This document shows positions 54,586 to 64,000 of a stretch of 64,000 nt of DNA, in pieces. Below the pieces are notes generated by a model, which was given only the letters and a program-made list of their open reading frames with translations, did no database searches and had not been told where the DNA came from. Each line of letters starts with the position of its first letter. The first letter of the stretch is position 1. Origin of the DNA: Octopus vulgaris (lineage: Eukaryota); assembly GCA_951406725.2 (NCBI GenBank), contig OX597833.1, forward strand, positions 43,090,001 through 43,154,000. The letters are read 5' to 3'. A program made the position numbers and the translations under genes.

Positions 54586-54802
54586 TTGTGTGCATTTATA
54601 TATGTATAATGTTTCTCCCACCCCTCTAGTCATATCTCCGCATTCAGCGCGCCCACCCGCGCATCAAAACATCAGCTCCTACCCTATATCTACACCCATA
54701 TGATGGGGTATATAGTCCGCCATGAGAATACGTTACACTTAGTCAAGTAAATCGTTTTAACAGTGAGGCATGTCTTAATCACCAACTACCATCACCACCA
54801 CC

Positions 54803-54851
<49 letters not shown>

Positions 54852-55287
54852 GCCACAACAACAGGAAAACTACTAACAACAACACGAGTCTATACCGCAT
54901 ACGCCTTTGACTTGCTAGATATAGCTGTGAAACTGCTCTCATTCATAAACTATTATCTACAAATAATAAAGGATAGCATTAAGCCAAGGCCATCTTAGCA
55001 GCATCGTAGGACTTTGGTCAATACATTATACTGGTCCCTATAGTATTTATTTATTTATTGGCAGAAAAGCATATCGTACATGGATCTGAATTGGGCATAT
55101 GTACCTGCACAATGTACCCATGTCTTAAAAAGGTACTGCATTAAACGATGTAATTTTGAAATGACAGGATGGTCATAGAGGAGATTGCCTTGTTCGTAGT
55201 CCTGGTCGGTTAAATCTGAACTGGGAAAACACAACTGTGTGAGCCCCACCAAGGCCGCTTAACTTGCCAGAAAAGCAGCCATACTAT

Positions 55288-55778
55288 GGGCGCAAGGGTG
55301 ACTGTATCGTAAGAATTTTGCTTATAAAACTAAATGGTTCCAATATCAGTCCCATTGCGTGGCATCTTGGGCAATTGTTTTCTAAAATCGCCTCGGGTCG
55401 ATTAAAGACTTGTGAATGAATTTGGAAGACTGGAACTGAAAGAAGCCGGTCCTGTGTGTGTATATGTGTGTGTGTGTGTGCATACCTGCGTGCATGTGTG
55501 TGTTTGTGTGTATATGAATGTATTTGTTTGTGCGCTTGTGCGTGTGTGTTTGTCTTTGTGTATGTATTTGTCTTCCACCACCACCTGACAACTGATAATG
55601 GTGTTATTACGACCCCCATAACCTAGCGGTTCGTCAAAATAGACCGATAAAGTAAGTGCCAGGCTTTACAGAATAATAAGCTCTGGGGTTTATAAGTTCG
55701 ACCAAAATTCTACAAGGCGGTGCCCCAGAATGGCTGCAGTCTCCTGACTGAAACAAGTAAAGGCTAAAAGATAAAAGA
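55288..55778 (+). mobile_element. Older family B SINE
   Basis: Diverged but colinear blocks; AAAAGAT-type tail. Confidence 0.75.
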
Positions 55779-55799
55779 TGCGGAGGTTTAAATAAGGTT

Positions 55800-56390
55800 T
55801 TTATATATATTTTAAACTATTTTTAAGGCATTCGCTCGTTGCAAGGCTTTTAGACCACTGAAACGAAAAAGCTACTAGAATAAAATGGGCGCTAGACAGA
55901 AGTCAATGGGGACAATGTACATTAGACCTAAAAGACGAGGTCATATTGAAGAGGAAAACAAGACCGTGGAAAGGAATCTCAATGTTCAGAAGTGTGAGGG
56001 AAGAAACTGGTACTGTAAAGTGCTTTACGACACTTAGGAGATTGCACAGTATACTAATGAGAACTGGATATGTGAAGCAATTAAAGACAGGAGCAACAGT
56101 TGGGAATTTCCATAAAGAAGGAAAACAAGATTCTGAGATACAATTTCGGAAAAGCCTAGATAAAACAGAAGAGAACTCAGGAGAGCACTTCTGAAGAACA
56201 ATGACTGGAATACCATCAGGTCCTGTTGCTTTACATGGATCCAACCGTGCCACAATGGACGCAATCTTAGCAGAAGTAATATGACAACTGTGTGACAGTT
56301 TATCAGTTTTAAGAAAAACATCAGGTTGAAGGTGAGGCGGAGTCACACTGGAATAATGTAACTCACGGTTACGTAAATTCTGGAAAGAAA
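55800..56390 (-). mobile_element. CR1/Jockey-group LINE fragment with internal deletion
   Basis: KATGPDGIPVIVLQKC...LSRLFRNCISESCFPSLWKFPTVAPVF, a pre-RT segment. Confidence 0.75.
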
Positions 56391-56821
56391 ATGACTGATG
56401 ATCATAGCTCCAATCTCATTGATCACGAACCTGCTCGATCAGAACAGGCCTTGGGCTACACAGCAACAAAGACTACGACCACGGCGATAAGTATTCCTTT
56501 GCTCCTCAATACCACCATAAAAACATTGCATTTTCCATTTGGCAATAATGATTGTGGTAATAGTTACTGCTTACAACGTATGGGTCAACGACCTGCTAGA
56601 AATATCAGTATAATATTCCTCAAACACGTTTTTCCGACTTTGAAAGAAAACATTTAATAGTGGAGTCCTAGATGTATATGGTGATTGGTCATTAGGTTGT
56701 CACAATGAAAGTTTTGCAATATTCGCTCCGGTTTTCTGCACTTTGAGTTCAAATCATGCAGAGGTCGACCTTACCATTGATCCTTTTTGTGCTTTGATGA
56801 GTACCAGACCAATACTTGAGA

Positions 56822-56945
56822 TTCTTCTTCTTCTTCTTCTTCTTCTTCTTCTTCTTCTTCTTCTTCTTCTTCTTCTTCTTCTTCTTCTTCTTCTTCTTCT
56901 TCTTCTTCTTCTTCTTCTTCTTCTTCTTCTTCTTCTTCTTCTTCT
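56822..56945. repeat. (TTC)n microsatellite
   Basis: Seen directly. Confidence 0.98.
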
Positions 56946-57316
56946 TTGTGAGATATCGGCTGCATTCAAACTTGGCGTGGGCTGGGCTCTACTAAGTGCA
57001 AAATGTCCTATGACACATCGTACAACATGACAGCACCTCTGCGACTCCATCAGGAGTTTAAAGGTCCAAGGAAGGGCTGTCGATAGGCGCTAACACAAGC
57101 CTAAATCACAACACAACAAAAACCTAATAAAAACATCGTACAGCCAACGTAAATACCATCACACCCAGCACTTACCCGCACCTCGCCACCTTAATCAGCT
57201 TCCATACCACTCATACCAGAACCAAGTTCTCATGGTTACCCTTCGGTATGTAGCTAAGCACCACACCTAGATTTTGAGATTATGGTCTGTCTATATGTAT
57301 ATGATATACATACATC

Positions 57317-57353
<37 letters not shown>

Positions 57354-57728
57354 CTTTCATTTAGTGTTTCTTTTTTGCGTCTTTCTTTCTGTCTGTTTGT
57401 CTCTCTCTCTCTCTCTCTTGTTTCTTTTTTCTTTCTTATTTTCAATATCTTGCTCTTTATTAAAAATAAGAAACAGTCCTATTTCTATATACGCTATATA
57501 TGCATACATATATACATATACAAGTAAACGTGTGTGGTGTGTGGGTGTTTGTGCGTGTTGTGTTCCTCTTAGCAAACGTGGGATGGGAAACCAGGGCATT
57601 ATCCGTTGCTTAGCGTTGCTAGCCTCACCAATAAAAACAACCAGCTTAATATACCTATATCTAAATTGAAATACAACTTATTTTTTTTTACATAACTTTA
57701 GATAAATAAAACATAATTCCATACACAC

Positions 57729-57778
<50 letters not shown>

Positions 57779-58015
57779 GTGCATACACACACATAGATGA
57801 ATATGTGCACGTATGTATATCTACATATACAAATATATATATACGTATACATGCACACTTTTTCAGTTGCTGACATCAGATTCAGTAGGGAGTGGCATAA
57901 AATTTCCAACAGTTAACCAACCACCTGATAAAAGCATAAACCCCCACCACACACACACGCACCTAACCATACACACACACACACACATACACACGCACCT
58001 AAGCATATACCCACC

Positions 58016-58060
<45 letters not shown>

Positions 58061-58073
58061 GTATGTATATAGA

Positions 58074-58120
<47 letters not shown>

Positions 58121-58168
58121 ATATGTATGTATATATGTATGTATGTATGTATGTATATATATATATAC

Positions 58169-58218
<50 letters not shown>

Positions 58219-58275
58219 GTATATATATAATTTCAAACACAGACATTCATACGCGCGCGCACACTCACACACACA

Positions 58276-58328
<53 letters not shown>

Positions 58329-58654
58329 TACGCGATGCTGGTTTTATTGCCTTTGCCAATGTGGATGATACTTTGAAAAAACATATCTATGCGATGGATG
58401 GATGGATGTAGCAACGTATCCATTTTTTTTTTAATATTCGTTTCCATCTTCTCTGACATAAGTTACGTAATGTACAAACTCGCTGTATTACATTACTGGA
58501 TGTTTGAGGATTTAGATATCAGTCAAAAATGCGAACTTTTCAGTTTATGATTTAACGAGTTTCCTGCCTGAACTACCTACTCATTCTTATCATGTACTCA
58601 TAGAATTTCTTTTTTTTGGTTTCTCATTTTAAAATTTTTTTTTTGTTGCTATTA

Positions 58655-58873
58655 TTTGTTTTTCAGTTATTGGACTGCAGCCATGCTGGAACACCGTCTT
58701 CTTTTAAAGCCTTATACTTATTCTATCGGGGCCTCGTACCGAATCGATAAGTTACGAGGACTTAAATAAACCAATAACAGTTGTCAAGCGGTGGTTGAGA
58801 ACAAACACAGAGACACACACACAGATACATACATACATACATACATACATACATACATACATACATACATACA

Positions 58874-58904
<31 letters not shown>

Positions 58905-59300
58905 TTATATAAATAAGGATAAGATCGTTCTTTTAAGTACCGATCATATCAAGTGGCCAGCATGGGAATAAAAATCTTCAAAGGTAATAGTTAGTATTAA
59001 AATTATAATTTAGGGTATCTAAGAGATACCACAACGCTGGAAATAGCAGCCAAAACTTGACTCTAAAACCACATTAACGTGGTTTTAGGGTCAAGTTATT
59101 CCCAACGTGGTGGTATCTCTTTGATACCCTAAATTATAATTTTACATATATACATAGATAGGAGACGAACTTCTTTCAGTTACCATCTATCAAATCTTCC
59201 CACAAGGTTTTGGTTGGCCTGAAGCTATAATAGAAGGCATTTGCTGAAACCGGAAACTTGTGGTTGGGAAACAAATTTGCCATACAGCCACGCCGGCACC
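58655..59300 (-). mobile_element. Older family B SINE carrying an internal insertion
   Basis: Tail half at 58655-58830 and head half at 59160-59300. Confidence 0.75.
58998..59144. repeat. Palindromic MITE-like element
   Basis: TAAAATTATAATTTAGGGTATC...TTGACTCTAAAACCAC / GTGGTTTTAGGGTCAA...GATACCCTAAATTATAATTTTA. Confidence 0.85.
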
Positions 59301-61479
59301 TCTAGTATTTTTGCTAACAGTGTTACGACGATTGTAATCGATTCGTCAGCTGTTATTTCGACCGGTGACCTATAGGAGGGCAAAAAGGGTTGAATCTAGA
59401 AAATTGAGGTCTGCGATGTGAACTTCTTAACTACATAGCCATACACTACATTACTTTGCGCGTATGTTTTGCGAGTTGCACAAGCGTGGGTTTGAATACT
59501 GGACTGGGCGGTGTGTTGTGTGCTTGAACAAAACACTTCATTTCGCGCCCAGAAAAGCAAAGCAACTAGCGAGTGTTTGAGAGGCTTCACTGTGGTGCAG
59601 ATTGTGTGAGTGAAGAAGATTTGTGTGTAGTGAAATTCAATGACTCTAAAGTAAGGAAAGATGCGGGAAGAATTTCAAACAGGTAGTCAGTTGTGCTTCG
59701 CACACACACGGACACTAACATATTTCTCTTCCATCTCCCGCCATTATGCCCAATATCAAGAAAATTCCACAAAGAGTACGCTTCTTTTTTTCTCCTATAA
59801 AAGTCTTCACCACACTTCATCTCATAATTTATGGATTCTCCTATCGAGAAGGACGTACGATCATCCAATTACTCGATAAACTGAATTGCCTATTCATCGA
59901 ATTAGCATGTGCAGTGGCTGAGTAATTCATTAAAAAAGGAACACCCTTAACGCAAACACTCAGGCAAAATCGGTTGGATCTTTGAACTATAAGGTCCAAT
60001 CAAGTCGACGGGTCACTGGATAGTTTTCTTCTGTCCTGTTTCACTCTCAATACTTGGGACAAACCAAGGCTATGGTAAGTGAATAAAAGACACATGCCCA
60101 ACACGCAACGAAATGGGATTGAATTCAGGATTGCATCGTTGCGAAGTGAACTTCTTAATCATTCAGCCATCCGTGCATTCACATTTTGTATACAAATATA
60201 CGTACACAAACACTCACACACATTTGCAAAAACTCAAAATCAGTCACTCGTACCAGAGATGTAGCCAGTTTTACACGGTTTGCTGGGAGTAGTAACCAAA
60301 ACACTCGCATACCACATTCCACTGTCTTAAAAATATTAGAAGTGCACATTGGAAAAATATAGTGCAGCATAATATTCGGGGTTAAGGATATTATTTATGT
60401 TACTTCATGTTATTTATGTTGCTTTCTTCCCCTATTCGCTGAGACTGATCTATTCCCGAATGCTTGTACTGGTCGATACGGTCGACTAAAACCCGCGAAA
60501 TCTTTAACCTAGCATGTTTGCAGTCAAATGATTGAAGCCAATGAGTTTATTTCAAATACATTCCACAACAGACAAGGAAAATCTTTTCTTTGTTTAGTTC
60601 CAAGAATTTTGTTAATGGTCACTGTTTACTCCCGGTTTCATGTCTTTAATGAGATGTACAATAAATCTCTCTTTTCATTAGCACGCTTGTTTCATTTAAC
60701 ATTATTACATGATCTAATTAGTTTTTCATTCAGCTAGGTGCATTTCATTCAGCCAGGTGCATTTAGAAAACGGGGAAATCAATTTTCCTGTCATCACTTG
60801 GCATGGATTTGAGATGAAGGACCTTATGGCAGTTGGCCAATACCTTTCCACTTGCTCTGATCTGTTCCATCGCTCACTTTTGTTTAATCACTTCAACAAA
60901 CACACGTACATACATCATATAATTTTTTTTTTAAAACGACTATGTGTATGGGGGGGGGGGGGGCGTGTGTGTGAGCACGCGCATGTATGTGTGGGTATCA
61001 TGAAGAGTAATTGGAGAAAGGTAGAGAAAGAGAAACCTAAGAAAGAACGGGGAAGCTTACATCGTACAAATACTCTATATTACATTATCGAACAGAAAGA
61101 GCCACCTTCCAGGTGACTACAAATGAAGCCCCTGACTACAAATGAAGCGTTCCTTCCACATGAAGCCGGAGTGCAGACGCTACAATTTGGTCAGACGAAG
61201 TCTGAAGCAAGGCACGACGATTGGGCGGTAACTTATGCTGAAAGCCACTTCGGCTCGACTATTCAAAAGAACTATGATATAGATAAATTATGAAGATAGT
61301 AAGAACCTCTAATAAAAGCAATAATAATGGAGAACTCGCACAAAAATATTAAAAACGCATGCATGACTTTATCGGTAAAGAAATGCCTTTGTATGTTAAA
61401 CCAAGCTTGTGAAATTCATGCGTCAGAAAAAACGGTGTGAACTCATTCATGGTGAATAGTATTTGTATGAATTTATGTG

Positions 61480-61880
61480 ACTTCGCCATTAAGACTGGCT
61501 GAACTATTGAAGCAGTGGAACCAGACATGATCGTAGTGGATAAATGGAACAAATAATGTGATGTCGTTGATTTGTAACCCTGTAATGATGTAGGAGATAT
61601 CAAGAAAACCGGGGCAATTAAGATACATCAAGATTTAGCTATAGAGATGAAGAGATTGTGGAACACAATGGTGTTATTTGTTCTCGTGGTAAGTGGTGCA
61701 TTAGGAACTACGCCCAAATTGTTACCTAAGAGGCTGAAGGATAATGCAAGTGAGACCCATAGTTTTGGTCTTGCAGAAAAAAGGCCATTGTGTGTTCTGC
61801 AAGAATGCCAAGAAGAATTTTTGTGAGATTTGAGGAGATTTATTGTCAATGAAACTCAAGATCACATCTCTGCTAACTAA
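61480..61880 (+). mobile_element. R4/Dong-like LINE 3' fragment (RLE)
   Basis: EPDMIVVDK, YQDLAIEMKRLW and VVSGALGT; followed by (AAT)n. Confidence 0.7.
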
Positions 61881-61900
61881 ATTGGCATGCCACAACTTTT

Positions 61901-61931
<31 letters not shown>

Positions 61932-61945
61932 TGATGATGATGATG

Positions 61946-62015
<70 letters not shown>

Positions 62016-62031
62016 TAATATTAATAATAAT

Positions 62032-62900
62032 TGAGGGCAGAGAAAAAATGGAAAACAAAGGAAGAAGTACAAAAAGGACATGAAGAAGAATTACGCAAGA
62101 AGGAATTACACAATCAATTTCATATAGCCACAACAAAGTTGCTGGAAAAAATTGGTGGGATTGGCCGATGAAAGAAACCCTAAAAAACAGGCCGGGTGCA
62201 CTATACTGGCAGCGCAAGACCAAGCTTTGACCACGAACTGGAGAGTCAATTTTAGCAATGAGTAAGTGTCTCCGCTGTGCCACATCTGCAATAGAGTGAA
62301 TAAATCCATTGACCATATCACAAACGAATGCCCTAGACTTGCCCCAAATGACTACAAGTTGTGGCTGGCGACACGACCAGGTAGCGAAAGTGCTCCATTG
62401 GAAACTGTACGAAAAGTGGGGGCTAGAGAGAGGCAAGACGTAGTATGAGCACAACCGCAGAGAGTGGCGGAGTCGAAGACTAACAAAATCCTCTGGGATT
62501 TCCTAATCCAAACAGATCATGTGCTAAGCCACAACATATCTGACCTAGTGGTGATAGAAAAGGTGCACCACACATGCTATATAGCTGATGTTGCATGCCC
62601 CTTTGACCCCTCAAAAGTCAAGGAAGGAGAAAGATAGATATAACCCTCTTAAGTATGAAATAGTCTCGCTATGGAAAATGAAGATAGTGAAGTTAGTGCC
62701 AATTATTGCTTTGGTCCTTGGGAGCAGTATCGGTTAGCAGCAAGAGGAATATAAAGGAAATTGGAATAGAGTGCCCAGTATAACTGTTACAAAAGGTTTA
62801 CCTCCTTGGCATGGCTAGAATAATCAGGAAAGTATTAGACAGCTGAAAAGAATGGATAGCATAGTATCGTAGGCTGCAGGTAGTAAGCTCGCTACGCATG
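62032..62900 (+). mobile_element. R4/Dong-like LINE 3' fragment (CCHC plus RLE)
   Basis: LAAQDQAL, CHICNRVNKSIDHITNECPRLA and ILWDFLIQTDHVLSHNISDLVV..DVACPFD. Confidence 0.85.
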
Positions 62901-62944
62901 CAAGACTCCAGCAAATATTCTGCTAAATACCACAGATTTGCTTG

Positions 62945-63340
62945 TTAGTTAACCAGTTAAGCATGTCCCTTGGTGGCTGACGATATGAGCATCTCTGATC
63001 ACGAGCAGAAGTAGTGGGAAGCATCACAGCCATGTATTGAGAGGAATTCTTTGGGGTTTGAATAATTCACCTCTGGAAACGTGGGTGTTTCATTCATCAT
63101 GCTTAAACAAACCTTATTCAGGAATCTTTTGAGTGGGATGGGTTACTCGACCAAAAGAAAATTCTAACTGGGACCTACGTGCAAGATCATACGCTGTTTA
63201 TCTTGATATGAGATCATATGTCGTGTATATGTAGCTGTGACGTATGTGCCTGGTGTTCCCTTATCAGACGGGTTGTCCTGATGGGTATATTGGGCTTCGT
63301 ATATTTGTACCCCAGTGCCACTTTGATGGCACGCGCCATC
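62945..63340 (+). mobile_element. Unclassified SINE-like repeat with an (AAT)n tail
   Basis: GC-richer ~400-bp block ending in a hairpin (GTGCCA..TGGCAC) and running into (AAT)n. Family not recognised. Confidence 0.35.
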
Positions 63341-63346
63341 AATAAC

Positions 63347-63482
<136 letters not shown>

Positions 63483-63483
63483 G

Positions 63484-63532
<49 letters not shown>

Positions 63533-63878
63533 CATCATCATCATCATCATCATCATGACGATTTCTATTATAATAGTTGTAGTAATAACAAACAACTGTA
63601 ACAATCACAACAGTAATAATATAATAAGCATTTGTAAAATATAACAGCCATAGATTAGGAGATTAGAAAATAGAAGCGAGGCTAAAGGGGATGACTTAAC
63701 ATGCATCTGGTAATTATTATGTATAAAATTAAAATAAATGAACAAAGCTGGTTGGTTTTAAGTCTTAAAATATAATATAAATTCAGACAAGTATTTATTT
63801 CCATTTTGATGAAATAATTATTCTACTGTTTGTTCCATTATTATAGTCATTGTTTCATACACACACATATACTGATAC

Positions 63879-63914
<36 letters not shown>

Positions 63915-64000
63915 TAAACCACGCATATCTATCTATATGAATATGTATATATATATGTATATACTTTATTTAAAGCAGCAGAAAATTCAACAAAACCTGT

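Overview
AT-rich eukaryotic DNA, very rich in microsatellites, with no intact host protein-coding gene that I can support. The repeat complement suggests an Octopus (coleoid cephalopod) intergenic or intronic region; this is inferred from the tRNA-derived SINEs, not checked. The window holds about 25 SINE copies of at least four families, decayed LINEs (RTE, CR1-like, R4/Dong-like with restriction-like endonuclease), Tc1/mariner, Tc2-like, Tigger-like and hAT DNA elements, and several Penelope-like elements (RT plus GIY-YIG). Almost all ORFs in the track come from microsatellites or TE fragments. The most interesting signals are RNA-structural. (i) Three Penelope terminal repeats share a minimal type I hammerhead-like fold with a non-canonical CUGUYGA core (A6->U). 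(ii) A 148-bp circularly permuted hammerhead-like monomer has short terminal direct repeats (retrozyme-like). (iii) A further degenerate hammerhead lies inside a fold-back. (iv) A ~600-bp inverted repeat pair and an inverted SINE pair could form dsRNA, and two short palindromic element families sit in microsatellites.
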